A stretch of DNA of 49,086 nt from Actinomycetota bacterium (GCA_004376325.1 SOKC01000031.1:1-49086), one strand, 5' to 3'; positions 15,253-25,075 are shown, counted from the first letter of the stretch. Numbers and translations: made by a program. The notes: generated from the letters alone by a model not told the origin.

Positions 15253-16125
15253 TTAAGAGAATATCAATTCAGTGAATCTGATCGGATCAAAATAACATAT
15301 GTCTTCTAATTTTTCACCATTGGTAACCAGTTTTATAGGAATATTCAGATCATTCTTTATAGTAATCACTATTCCGCCTTTAGAAGTGCTGTCGGTTTTA
15401 GTTAAAATAATTCCAGTCAGATTTAATGAATTGTTAAATAATTCTGCCTGATTTCTGGCATTCTGACCGGTAGTGGAATCCACTACAAGCAGTATTTCAT
15501 CAACTTCCCGGTCTATTCTCCTGCAGATTACTTTTTTTATTTTTTTAAGTTCCTCCATAAGATTATACGAAGTCTGCATTCTTCCTGCAGTATCAATTAT
15601 TACCAGATCGGTTCCTCTGGCCTTTGCTTTTTCTACACTATCATAAACTACTGCCCCGGGGTCAGAAAACTTCTGGTGGTAAACCATATCCATTCCCAAT
15701 TTTTCAGCATAATATTGTATCTGTTCTACTGCAGCCGATCTGTAAGTATCAGCTGCTGATATCAAAACCTTTTTTCCATTCTTTTTAAACATATTGGCTA
15801 ATTTTGCAATCGCGGTGGTCTTACCCACACCATTTACTCCAACTATCAGGAATACCGTAGGAGGTCTGGATGATATATTTAATTTACTATCTCCATTGCT
15901 TTTAAGAATTTCTATAATTTGCTGCTTTAATGAAAATCTTACTTTTTCAAGGTTATTTATATTTTCACGGTAAACATAGTCTTTTACTTCTCCTAATATC
16001 CTGCTGGCAGTATTAATACTGATATCACCGGTTACCATCTGTTCTTCCAGCTCGTCCCAGAATGATTTGCGCTCATTTTTAAACTTATTCCAGATATAAC
16101 TTAAATTTTTAATTAACTTCTGCAT
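15253..16125 (-). CDS. ftsY: SRP receptor FtsY (NG domain only, no acidic A domain)
   Basis: GVNGVGKTT, DTAGR and TKTDSTSKGG; 290 aa. Confidence 0.9.
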   Translation of the reverse strand: MQKLIKNLSYIWNKFKNERKSFWDELEEQMVTGDISINTASRILGEVKDYVYRENINNLEKVRFSLKQQIIEILKSNGDSKLNISSRPPTVFLIVGVNGVGKTTAIAKLANMFKKNGKKVLISAADTYRSAAVEQIQYYAEKLGMDMVYHQKFSDPGAVVYDSVEKAKARGTDLVIIDTAGRMQTSYNLMEELKKIKKVICRRIDREVDEILLVVDSTTGQNARNQAELFNNSLNLTGIILTKTDSTSKGGIVITIKNDLNIPIKLVTNGEKLEDICYFDPIRFTELIFS

Positions 16126-18427
16126 ATTTTTTCCCGATCTTTTCGGAAATTATTTTGGAAACTCCGTTGGATTGCATAGTTACTCCATAAATAGTATCTG
16201 CAACTTCCATTGTTCGTTTCTGGTGAGTAATTATTATTATCTGCTGCTTTTCAGAAAATTTCTTCACCAGGGTTAGAAATCTGCTAATATTTACATCATC
16301 CAGCGTAGCATCTACTTCATCAAAAACATAAAAAGGCGATGAATTTATCGAATAAATAGAAAAAAGAAATGCAATAGAAACTAAAGTTTTTTCTCCTCCA
16401 GATAGCAATGAAAGAGGGGCAAACTTATTATTACCAATATCTACTTTTAGATCCACACCTATTTCATCATCGCTTTCGCTATCAATTTTTTCAAGCTGCA
16501 TTTCACCATTACCTAAGGGGAATAGAATCTTAAAATAGTTTTTAAAACACTGGTTGATTTCATCAAATTTTTTAAAAAAATAGTCGGCTATCCTTTCATT
16601 CATATCCTTAATTAATTCCTCCAGATTTTTTTTGCTTTCAATCAGATCAAGCCTCTGATTAGCCAGGAAGTCGAATCTTTCTTTTATCCTGTTATATTCA
16701 ATTGCTGCATTGGGATTAACATTTACATATTTCTTTATTTCATTTTTAAACCTTTTTACTTTAACTTCGGACTGTCCAGTGTCACTGCTTGGATTGTAAC
16801 TTTTCAATACGTAATCAATTGATAAATTATAATTATCTACAATATTCTCTGTAATAGCCTCTACCTTTTCCTTTATTTGTTCCTTCTTTAAGTCGATTTT
16901 ATATATACTGTTCTCCAGGTTTGATCTAGAGATACTTAGCTTGTTTAATCTGCTGCCAAGTTCATTTATTTTATCCTGACTGCCTGAAACTAAACTGCTT
17001 CTTCTTTCAAATTCCGGGTAAAGTTTGTTTTTTATACCTTCTGAAACTGATAGATAGCCATTTAGAATTGAATGAATCTTCCTGGACCTTTCCAGGTTTG
17101 TCATACAAATATTCTTTATGATTCTAATCCGGTCCAGTCTCTTCTTAAAATTATCGATTTTCTTCTCATTTCCTTTTTGAGATTCTTTTTTGCTTACCTC
17201 ATCTTTACCTCGCTGGCTGGTTTCAATTATCTTATATAATTTCTTTATCTCTTCTATAATTAAATTTCCTCCCGTTTCAACATAACAAAAAATATTTTTA
17301 TCTTTTAATGTTTTCTTTAAATTTTCTAAAAATTTCAGGAGCAGGCCATCAATCCTTTTAAGCCCATTTGAAATTCTCTGTAGTGAAGATATATCAATAC
17401 CATTTCTGCCTTTCTCTAATGGGACCTGCGGCTCCTTTATATTTTCCATACTGCTGGTAAACTTTAGATCCAACATATTATATAACGTGCTGAATACACT
17501 CTTTTTACTTTCAATCAGAGCTATGATACTTTCGAGCCCGTTTTTTTCTGAATTAAACCAGTCAATCTTATTTTTCCAGAATTCGTACTCACTCTGCTCT
17601 TTATCGATAAGCTTTAAAAGATCATTCTTCTCCTTTTCTGCGCTTAAAATTTTGCTTGCAATTTCTTTTAACTCATCTTTATTTTTCCTATAAGATTCGT
17701 TTTCACTTTCCCATTCATTATTCAGGTGGTTAAGATGAGCAATAAAAAGAGAAATTTCCTCATCCTTGAGTAAATTGAAAATTTCAGCATGTTTTTGGGC
17801 TCTTTTTGCTTCAATTTCAAGAGGATCCATTGTCCTTTTTATTTCTTCCATTAAATCATCTATCCTATCGACATCATTTTTTACTTTTTGAAGCTTACTC
17901 AGGGATTTATCCCTCCTGTTTTTATGTTTTGATATTCCCAGTACATCCTCTATTATAGCTTTCCTTTCAATGGGCTTAAGCACCGCAATTTCATTAATCT
18001 GTCCCTGATTTATAATAATATTCAAGCCCTTCCCTATCCCGCTGTCTGCTGTAAGCTCCTGTATATCTATTAGTCTGCAGGGTGAAGAATTTATAAAATA
18101 CTCACTGCCTCCTCTCATAAATACCCTGCGGGTGAATTTAACCTCCCTGAACTCTATATTAAATAATTTATTTGAGTTATCAAACATCAGAGAAACTTCA
18201 GCAATTCCCATTTCTTCATTTTTACTCTTGAAAATTACATCTCCCATTGAGCTCCCGCGAAGTGATTTCGGGCTTTGCTCGCCCAGAACCCAGGAGATAG
18301 CATCTGCTACATTACTTTTACCGCTTCCATTGGGCCCAACAATTACGCTGATCCCGGGCTCAAAAAATAATCGGCTTTTGTTTTTGAAAGATTTAAAACC
18401 CTGGAGTGTTATATTCTTTAAGTACAA
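16109..18427 (-). CDS. smc: SMC chromosome-partition ATPase ortholog, unusually short (772 aa), no recognisable hinge
   Basis: Head N-terminus LQGFKSF...GPNGSGKSNVADAISWVLGEQSPKSLRG. Head C-terminus NPNAAIEY...LSGGEKTLVSIAFLFSI...FYVFDEVDATLD...ITHQKRTMEVADTIYGVTM. Syntenic rnc-smc-ftsY position; TTG start. Confidence 0.85.
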   Translation of the reverse strand: MYLKNITLQGFKSFKNKSRLFFEPGISVIVGPNGSGKSNVADAISWVLGEQSPKSLRGSSMGDVIFKSKNEEMGIAEVSLMFDNSNKLFNIEFREVKFTRRVFMRGGSEYFINSSPCRLIDIQELTADSGIGKGLNIIINQGQINEIAVLKPIERKAIIEDVLGISKHKNRRDKSLSKLQKVKNDVDRIDDLMEEIKRTMDPLEIEAKRAQKHAEIFNLLKDEEISLFIAHLNHLNNEWESENESYRKNKDELKEIASKILSAEKEKNDLLKLIDKEQSEYEFWKNKIDWFNSEKNGLESIIALIESKKSVFSTLYNMLDLKFTSSMENIKEPQVPLEKGRNGIDISSLQRISNGLKRIDGLLLKFLENLKKTLKDKNIFCYVETGGNLIIEEIKKLYKIIETSQRGKDEVSKKESQKGNEKKIDNFKKRLDRIRIIKNICMTNLERSRKIHSILNGYLSVSEGIKNKLYPEFERRSSLVSGSQDKINELGSRLNKLSISRSNLENSIYKIDLKKEQIKEKVEAITENIVDNYNLSIDYVLKSYNPSSDTGQSEVKVKRFKNEIKKYVNVNPNAAIEYNRIKERFDFLANQRLDLIESKKNLEELIKDMNERIADYFFKKFDEINQCFKNYFKILFPLGNGEMQLEKIDSESDDEIGVDLKVDIGNNKFAPLSLLSGGEKTLVSIAFLFSIYSINSSPFYVFDEVDATLDDVNISRFLTLVKKFSEKQQIIIITHQKRTMEVADTIYGVTMQSNGVSKIISEKIGKKYAEVN

Positions 18428-18448
18428 CTTTAATTTCCTAAATAAAAA

Positions 18449-19165
18449 TTATAAATTTAAATTATATAGCGTCTTTAAAGTATTTTTTGCAGCATCCTGT
18501 TCAGAATCTTTTTTACTTTTTCCTTCGCCCATACCAATTATTTCATCACCGATCATTACCACTGAATAAAATAATTTATTATGATCAGGACCTTCGGATT
18601 TAACCAGTTTATATCTTGCAAGTTTGGAATAATCCGCTTGAATAGCTTCCTGAAGGTAAGTTTTATAATCTACAATTTCAGGGGCTTTAATATTTTCTTT
18701 AATTTTATCTTCATATCTTTTCAGGACCCAATTAAAAGTAAAATCAATTCCCTTATCAACGTAAATAGCACCTATAAGAGCTTCTACGCTATCAGCTAAA
18801 ATAGATATTTTTATCCTTCCCTTGCAGGACTCTTCATTTTCACTTAAAAGTACCTGCTGGTCTATTTTTATTTCTCTGGCTATTTTTAACAGCGTCGCTC
18901 TACTGATTAAAACTGCTCTTATTTTAGCCATTTCCCCTTCAGTAAAATTGCTGTATTTTTTATATAAATATGATGTAATAATAAAGGAAAGTACACTGTC
19001 ACCCAAAAACTCCAGCTGTTCGTTCCCCCGTGATTGAATATTTATCTGATGGGCAAAAGATCTGTGAGTTAAACTTTGTATATAGATTTTTAAATCTGCA
19101 GTATTAATTCCCAAACTTTTTAACCAGTCCCTTACTCTTCTCTTCAGTACACCTTCATCGTTCAT
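18449..19165 (-). CDS. rnc: Ribonuclease III
   Basis: NEQLEFLGDSVL catalytic signature plus a C-terminal dsRBD. Confidence 0.9.
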   Translation of the reverse strand: MNDEGVLKRRVRDWLKSLGINTADLKIYIQSLTHRSFAHQINIQSRGNEQLEFLGDSVLSFIITSYLYKKYSNFTEGEMAKIRAVLISRATLLKIAREIKIDQQVLLSENEESCKGRIKISILADSVEALIGAIYVDKGIDFTFNWVLKRYEDKIKENIKAPEIVDYKTYLQEAIQADYSKLARYKLVKSEGPDHNKLFYSVVMIGDEIIGMGEGKSKKDSEQDAAKNTLKTLYNLNL

Positions 19166-19219
19166 TAAGTAAATTTCCTCACCTTATATAACTATAAAAA
19201 TTTTTTTCTATATTTAAAA

Positions 19220-19456
19220 TTATTTTTTAGAATGAGTATCAATATAATCCAGAGCATCCTTTACTGTAACAATTTTTTCAGCATCTTCATCACTTATTTC
19301 TATCCCGAATTTATCCTCAAATGCCATAATAAGTTCCACTAAATCCAGTGAGTCAGCTCCCAGATCATCAACAAATTTACTTTCAGCTTTAACATCTTCT
19401 TCCTTAGCGCCAAGTATATCAATTAAAATCTCCTTAAGCTTGTCAAAATTTTCCAT
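19220..19456 (-). CDS. acpP: Acyl carrier protein
   Basis: [20 protein letters not shown] (phosphopantetheine Ser). True start is the internal ATG 19456, preceded by AAAGGAG, which lies inside the longer track ORF. Confidence 0.9.
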   Translation of the reverse strand: MENFDKLKEILIDILGAKEEDVKAESKFVDDLGADSLDLVELIMAFEDKFGIEISDEDAEKIVTVKDALDYIDTHSKK

Positions 19457-19496
19457 TATTACTCCTTTTACCATTGTTTTAATTGTTACTATTGTT

Positions 19497-20516
19497 TTAA
19501 TTCATATTATTAATTTCTTCATTGATCTTCCTGATTATATTTGTTTTCAAACCTTCTATGGCTACTTTTATGGCATTTTTAATTGCTCTGGACTTTGAGC
19601 TTCCATGAGAAATAATAACCAGGCCGTTTAACCCTAAAAGTTGCGCTCCTCCATATTCTTCATAATCAAATCTCTTCTTCATCATAGTAAAAGAGTTCCT
19701 GAGCCCTAAAGCTGAAAGTTTAGCCAGTATACCTGAAGTCAAGATTTGTTTTATTTCACCAAAAAAGAAGTTTGCCAGACCCTCAATTGACTTCAATATT
19801 ACGTTTCCTACAAACCCATCACAAACCACCACATCTGCTGCGCCCTCAAACAGTTCCCTGCCTTCTATATTTCCAATAAAATTAATTTTAGGATAGCTTT
19901 TAAGTAATCTGTAACTTTCAACCACCAGTTCGCTCCCTTTCTTTTCTTCCTCGCCAATATTAACCAGAGCCACTCTTGGATTGTCTATTCCAAGAATATT
20001 CTCAGAATAAATTTTCCCCATTATAGCAAATTGCTTCAGGTATTGAGGTTTGCAATCAGCATTGGCTCCAGCATCGATTAATACAAATTTCCTATTCGAT
20101 AAAGGTATTACCACTGCAATAGCAGGTCTTAATACATTTTCTATTCTTTTCATATTAAAAAGAGAGCAGGCCATTACCGCGCCAGTATTACCAGCAGAGA
20201 GAAAAGCATTCCCCTGACCCATGGATGCGAGTTCTGAACCTATAAAAATTGAGGAATTCCTTTTTTTCTTTATTATTTCTGATGGGGATTCGTTCATACT
20301 TACTTCCTGGGAGCTTGGAACAATCTCTATACCATCAAGATTTAACTGGCTGGATGCTGCGACTGTCTTTATCTTATCTTTATTTCCAACCAGTTTAATT
20401 TTTACTCTAAAGGCTTCTCTGGCTTCTATAGAACCCTTAATAATCTCTTCAGGAGCAAAATCTCCCCCCATTGCGTCTATAACTATTGAATAATTATTTG
20501 AGTTAAACTGCGCCAT
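19497..20516 (-). CDS. plsX: Phosphate:acyl-ACP acyltransferase PlsX
   Basis: [15 protein letters not shown]-terminus and full-length PlsX pattern; 339 aa. Confidence 0.9.
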   Translation of the reverse strand: MAQFNSNNYSIVIDAMGGDFAPEEIIKGSIEAREAFRVKIKLVGNKDKIKTVAASSQLNLDGIEIVPSSQEVSMNESPSEIIKKKRNSSIFIGSELASMGQGNAFLSAGNTGAVMACSLFNMKRIENVLRPAIAVVIPLSNRKFVLIDAGANADCKPQYLKQFAIMGKIYSENILGIDNPRVALVNIGEEEKKGSELVVESYRLLKSYPKINFIGNIEGRELFEGAADVVVCDGFVGNVILKSIEGLANFFFGEIKQILTSGILAKLSALGLRNSFTMMKKRFDYEEYGGAQLLGLNGLVIISHGSSKSRAIKNAIKVAIEGLKTNIIRKINEEINNMN

Positions 20517-20534
20517 AATTGATTTTAGCTGTAA

Positions 20535-21599
20535 TTATTTTTTTGAAATTTCCAGCAATCTATTTATATCTATATGCTCCCTCACCACTTCAACTATTTT
20601 ATCTATTTTTTTAATTTCATGAAATCTTACACGGCCGATAATTTCTCCAACTTTCTCCACTGCAGTAAGCGTATCAAAATTAACCAGAATCATAGGCACT
20701 CCTAATTCTTCAGCCCTTCCCAGAACTATAGTGCTTGGCTGAAAATTACCTGTAAGTATAAGACATTTAGTAGGTGTTTCCAGAGCTGCAAGCTGAACAT
20801 CCGCCCTGTCTCCACCGGTTATAACCGCCTTATTGGCCTTTCTTCTAAAAAATTTAAGCGCCTGTTCCTGACCCATAGCTCCAACCATAAATGTCTCCAC
20901 CAATTCATTAACTTTGTCCTCAGCGCAAATTATCTGTCCGCCTAAAAGCTTAGACATTTCCTTTATGCTTACAGAAGACAGCATCTTGTCCGAAGCTATA
21001 TATCCAAAAACTTCTATTCCCTTTTTTGTCAGGAATGGAACTATCAATTCTTCGAGGTAGTTCATCTGGCTTCTTGGAATCCAATTTATGATTACGCCAC
21101 TCAGGTAATCTCCTAAAAATTCCTTTGAATAAAGAACTTGATCTACAATTTCAGAGCTATATTTAATTACCATAATTACTCTGGCGCCCAATTTTTCACA
21201 AATTTTATCTGAAGATATCCCTAAGAAGTAGCCGTCCTCAACACTTTTTGCCCCTTCTAAAATTACAATATCCTTGCCCTTTTGAATTCTGTGGTAAGCT
21301 TCAGCAATTAAATCCACAAACCCTTTAGAGAAACTTTTATCTTTCAGGCCTTCTCTAGTGTAATGCTGGGTTAACACAATAGGGCATATATCCTCAAGTT
21401 CTTCTTTTACGTCCAGTATATTTGATATATATTGTGCATCTTCATCTGTATTTATTCCTCCTACCCGGGTTGGCAACGTCCCCAATGGTTTCATATATCC
21501 TACTTTCAGGCCTTTTTCAGTAAATAATTTTCCTACACCTACACACATCGAACTCTTTCCAGAAAAAGGTTGATTTGAAATAAAAAATAACGGAATCAT
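20535..21599 (-). CDS. P-loop (CobQ/BioD-like) plus DRTGG-domain protein resembling the N-terminal regulatory half of phosphotransacetylase; no PTA catalytic domain
   Basis: FSGKSSMCVGVG P-loop-like start and VITGGDRADVQLAALETPTKCLILTGN DRTGG block; 354 aa. Confidence 0.65.
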   Translation of the reverse strand: MIPLFFISNQPFSGKSSMCVGVGKLFTEKGLKVGYMKPLGTLPTRVGGINTDEDAQYISNILDVKEELEDICPIVLTQHYTREGLKDKSFSKGFVDLIAEAYHRIQKGKDIVILEGAKSVEDGYFLGISSDKICEKLGARVIMVIKYSSEIVDQVLYSKEFLGDYLSGVIINWIPRSQMNYLEELIVPFLTKKGIEVFGYIASDKMLSSVSIKEMSKLLGGQIICAEDKVNELVETFMVGAMGQEQALKFFRRKANKAVITGGDRADVQLAALETPTKCLILTGNFQPSTIVLGRAEELGVPMILVNFDTLTAVEKVGEIIGRVRFHEIKKIDKIVEVVREHIDINRLLEISKK

Positions 21600-21600
21600 T

Positions 21601-23718
21601 TTAACCTCCTATTCTTATTCTTACATCTCCGGCTATAGATCCTTCTCCCTGTTTTTTTACAAATAAGGGATTTATATCCATTTCTAATATTTCTGGGAAA
21701 TCCGTAACCAGCTGAGAAACTCTAAGTATAATTTCAATTATACTATCAATATCTGAAGGATCCTCACCTCTTGTGCCTTTAAGCAATTTAATAGTCTTGA
21801 TTTCCTCTATCATCTCCCTGGCAACCTGCCTGCTTAAAGGGGCAATTCTAAAAGATACATCTTTAAGTGCCTCAACATATATCCCACCAAGTCCAAACAT
21901 AATCATAGGTCCAAACTGCGGGTCTTCGCTCATTCCAATAATAGTCTCTTTTTTATCTTTAATAAATTCCTGAACCAGAATACCGCGTATATTGGCATCA
22001 GGCATATATTTGCTTGCGCTAAAAAGAATCTGGTTATAATTTTCCTCCAGCTCTTTTTCATTATCTATTCCAATCTTAACACCGCCAACATCAGTTTTAT
22101 GTAAGATATTCGGAGAAACAATCTTTAGCACCAGTGGATATCCAATCCTGCCTGCTATTTCTTTTGCTTCATCTATATCACAGGCTAATTCTGCTTTGGG
22201 CATTCTTATGTCATACGCCTCCAGAATTTCTCTAGCTTCCATCTCCCCTAACTCTAATCTGCCTTCATTCTGGCACTGATAAAATATTTTTTTAACTCTT
22301 CCCTTATTAACATTAAAATCTTCAATAGGAAAGCTCTTTCTGGATTTCCAATCAGTGTGCTCCATCATAACTTTCAATGTATCTATTGCTTCTTCCGGAA
22401 TATCAAAGTTTGGAATATTTTTTTCAGCTAAAAATTTTACTGCTTTTTTAACTTCAGAACCTCCCATAAAACTGGTCAGCACCGGAATACTTTTGCCACT
22501 ATTTTCCATTACCTCCACAATTGCACTGGCTGTCCTGTAAGGTTGAGTCATAGCCTGTGGTGAAAGCAGCACCACTACCGCATCAACATTACTATCCTTT
22601 ACAATCACTTCCAGTGTCTTTTTGTATCTATCTGCCAGCGCATCTCCCAATATATCAACAGGATTATAAAAATTTGCCGCCTCTGGCAAAAATTCCTTCA
22701 AACTATCTATGGTTTCTTTTCCCAAACTGGCCAGAAATATATTGCTTTTATCACATTCATCGGTAGCCATGATACCGGGACCACCTGCATTTGTTATTAT
22801 TACAACTTTTTTACCTTTAGGCAATGGTTGATATGAAAAAGCTGTGGCATAATTGAATAGGTCCCTGGTGTTATTAGCCCTTATTATTCCTGCCTGCTTA
22901 AAAGCTGCGTCATAAGCTTTAGCTGAACCGGCAAGAGTACCGGTATGAGATGACACTGCCCGGGCTCCGGCATCTGTATTTCCCGACTTTATAACAATTA
23001 TAGGTTTCTTCTTAGAAACTTTTGAAGATATCCTGATAAATTCCCTGCCATATTTTACACCTTCAAGGTATGCTGTTATAACCTCGGTATCTTTCTCATT
23101 CTCCCAGTCATCAAACAAATCGTTTTCTGAAATATCGGCTTTGTTACCCAATGATACAAATTTTGAAATTCCAATCTTATTTGTTTTCGCCCAATCCAGG
23201 ATAGAAGTGCCCAGTGCACCCGATTGCGATATAAAACCTATCTTACCCCTGGGAGGCATATGGGGTGAGAAAGTGGCATTTATGGGGCATTCAGTATCAA
23301 TGATTCCCAGACAATTAGGTCCTAATATTCTTATCCCATAGTCCTTTGCTTTTTCGATCAGCTGTCTTTCTCTTTTTGCACCTTCTATTCCGGTTTCCTT
23401 AAATCCTGCTGAAATAACAATAGCCCATTTCATATTTTTCTTTGAACACTCTTCTAAAACCTGCGATACAAACTGTGCCGGGATAACTATTATCGCTAAA
23501 TCCAAATCATTGGGGATATCCAGGACTGAGTGATAACATTTAATGCCGTGTATCTTATCTGCTTTAAGATTTACCGGAAATAACTTACCCTTATACCCTG
23601 AATTTATTATGTTATCAAAAATGATACGGCCTACTTTTTTTTCTTCTCTGGCAGCTCCTATTACTGCTACAGAATCCGGACAAAAAAAATTTTGCAAACT
23701 CAAATTACAAACCTCCAA
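21601..23718 (-). CDS. ADP-forming acetyl/acyl-CoA synthetase, fused alpha-beta type (CoA-binding, CoA-ligase and ATP-grasp domains)
   Basis: SVAVIGAAREEKKVG CoA-binding start, phosphohistidine segment VSSHTGTLAGS and a C-terminal ATP-grasp (LVLKIVSPNILHKTDVGGV). No GNAT domain. Confidence 0.8.
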   Translation of the reverse strand: MEVCNLSLQNFFCPDSVAVIGAAREEKKVGRIIFDNIINSGYKGKLFPVNLKADKIHGIKCYHSVLDIPNDLDLAIIVIPAQFVSQVLEECSKKNMKWAIVISAGFKETGIEGAKRERQLIEKAKDYGIRILGPNCLGIIDTECPINATFSPHMPPRGKIGFISQSGALGTSILDWAKTNKIGISKFVSLGNKADISENDLFDDWENEKDTEVITAYLEGVKYGREFIRISSKVSKKKPIIVIKSGNTDAGARAVSSHTGTLAGSAKAYDAAFKQAGIIRANNTRDLFNYATAFSYQPLPKGKKVVIITNAGGPGIMATDECDKSNIFLASLGKETIDSLKEFLPEAANFYNPVDILGDALADRYKKTLEVIVKDSNVDAVVVLLSPQAMTQPYRTASAIVEVMENSGKSIPVLTSFMGGSEVKKAVKFLAEKNIPNFDIPEEAIDTLKVMMEHTDWKSRKSFPIEDFNVNKGRVKKIFYQCQNEGRLELGEMEAREILEAYDIRMPKAELACDIDEAKEIAGRIGYPLVLKIVSPNILHKTDVGGVKIGIDNEKELEENYNQILFSASKYMPDANIRGILVQEFIKDKKETIIGMSEDPQFGPMIMFGLGGIYVEALKDVSFRIAPLSRQVAREMIEEIKTIKLLKGTRGEDPSDIDSIIEIILRVSQLVTDFPEILEMDINPLFVKKQGEGSIAGDVRIRIGG

Positions 23719-23745
23719 TCCTATTTCTACAGTCCACTTTCACTT

Positions 23746-23970
23746 TTATTTGCTTGCTTCTTTGGTTTCTCTCCTTTCTTTTCTTTTGCCCTTTTCTTCA
23801 AATATTATTATCTCATGTTCAGAGTAATAGCCACAATTTTCACAGACTCTGTGTGATATCTTTTTACTATGACACCTGGGACAATCTACAATGTTTAACA
23901 TTTTTAGCCTGTCATGGGTCCTACGCTTGTCTCTTCTAGATTTTGACGTTTTCCTTTTTGGAACTCCCAA
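23746..23970 (-). CDS. rpmF: 50S ribosomal protein L32 with a ~15-aa Lys/Glu-rich C-terminal tail
   Basis: GVPKRKTSKSRRDKRR and a CPRC...CENC zinc ribbon. TTG start 8 nt after AGGAGG. Confidence 0.9.
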   Translation of the reverse strand: MGVPKRKTSKSRRDKRRTHDRLKMLNIVDCPRCHSKKISHRVCENCGYYSEHEIIIFEEKGKRKERRETKEASK

Positions 23971-24042
23971 TACTATATCCTCCTGCTGAATATTTTGTTA
24001 CAAACTTGTTATAAATAAACTCAAACAAATAAATATATCATA

Positions 24043-24071
24043 AAATAATATTTATTCAATAAATATTATTT
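24043..24071. repeat. 29-nt perfect AT-only palindrome (14-bp arms, 1-nt centre)
   Basis: aaataatatttatt-c-aataaatattattt, between the coiled-coil gene stop (24079) and rpmF. Confidence 0.7.
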
Positions 24072-24078
24072 ATCAATG

Positions 24079-24552
24079 TCATTTATCACCTGAACTCAGT
24101 GTACTTCTAAATTGCTCTCTTCCTTTTTCAATTGCATTTAGTAGTTTATGCAATACAGCTTCCATGTTTGCCAGCTTTTCATCAGCATAATCCTCAGCTT
24201 CCAGCCTGATGGTCCTTGCTCTTGCTTCTACTGAAGACATTATTTCCTCCGATTTTCTATTGGCACTTTTTAGTATCTCGGTTTCACTAACCAGGACTTC
24301 CGCCTTTTCTTTTGCCTCCTTTATTATTCTTTCAGAGTACCTTTTGGCTTCTTCTATCATATTTTCTCTTTCTTTCACAATCCATCTGGATTGTTTAAAT
24401 TCTTCCGGCAGTATATTCCTCAGTTCATCCAACAGGTCATATATCTCATTTTCATTTACAATTATATTGGACGAAAATGGAATTTTCTTACATTTATCAA
24501 GAAATTCTTCAATCCGGTCCACAATTTCAAATGCATCCATACCATTCTCCAT
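24079..24552 (-). CDS. Hypothetical charged coiled-coil protein (resembles proteins often auto-annotated V-ATPase subunit H/E-like)
   Basis: 157 aa. Heptad-like E/K/A-rich region (EEAKRYSERIIKEAKEKAEVLVSETE...). No catalytic motif recognised. Confidence 0.5.
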   Translation of the reverse strand: MENGMDAFEIVDRIEEFLDKCKKIPFSSNIIVNENEIYDLLDELRNILPEEFKQSRWIVKERENMIEEAKRYSERIIKEAKEKAEVLVSETEILKSANRKSEEIMSSVEARARTIRLEAEDYADEKLANMEAVLHKLLNAIEKGREQFRSTLSSGDK

Positions 24553-24564
24553 ATCTATTTCTTT

Positions 24565-25059
24565 TTAATTAAAAATATCTTTATTAAAACTTTTAACTAT
24601 ATCTTTTTCTATTTCCTCTGGAACCAAACCTTTTATACAGCCTTTAAACCTGGCCACTTCTTTTACCGCACTGGAACTAAGGTAAGCAAATTTAGGATTA
24701 GTTATCATAAACATAGTCTCTACTTCCGGATTTAATTTTTTATTTATTTGCGCCATCTGGAACTCATACTCAAAATCCGATATAGCTCTGAGACCCTTGA
24801 CTATAACCGTTGCCTTTACTCTTTTGGCCAGATCCACCAACAGCCCCTCAAATGTGATCACTTCAATATTATTTAGATTTTTTAGCGCCCTCTTTGTAAA
24901 ATCAACTCTTCTCTCTGTAGTATAAAGATGTTTCTTTCTGGTATTTTTTGATATGGCTACTATTACTTTACAGAAAATCTTTGAACATCTACTAATAATA
25001 TCTTTGTGCCCCTCGGTTATAGGATCATAAGTTCCCGGGCATAGTGCAATCTTTTCCAT
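24565..25059 (-). CDS. coaD: Phosphopantetheine adenylyltransferase
   Basis: MEKIALCPGTYDPITEGHKDII (T/HxGH motif). The track ORF begins 4 codons earlier, at TTG 25071. Confidence 0.9.
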   Translation of the reverse strand: MEKIALCPGTYDPITEGHKDIISRCSKIFCKVIVAISKNTRKKHLYTTERRVDFTKRALKNLNNIEVITFEGLLVDLAKRVKATVIVKGLRAISDFEYEFQMAQINKKLNPEVETMFMITNPKFAYLSSSAVKEVARFKGCIKGLVPEEIEKDIVKSFNKDIFN

Positions 25060-25075
25060 AAAACAATCCAATCTC

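Noticed and set aside
19457-19474. Six-codon extension of acpP (MVKGVI)
   Set aside because: The extension itself contains the AAAGGAG SD that serves the internal ATG at 19456. ACPs start close to MENFDKLKE-type sequences.
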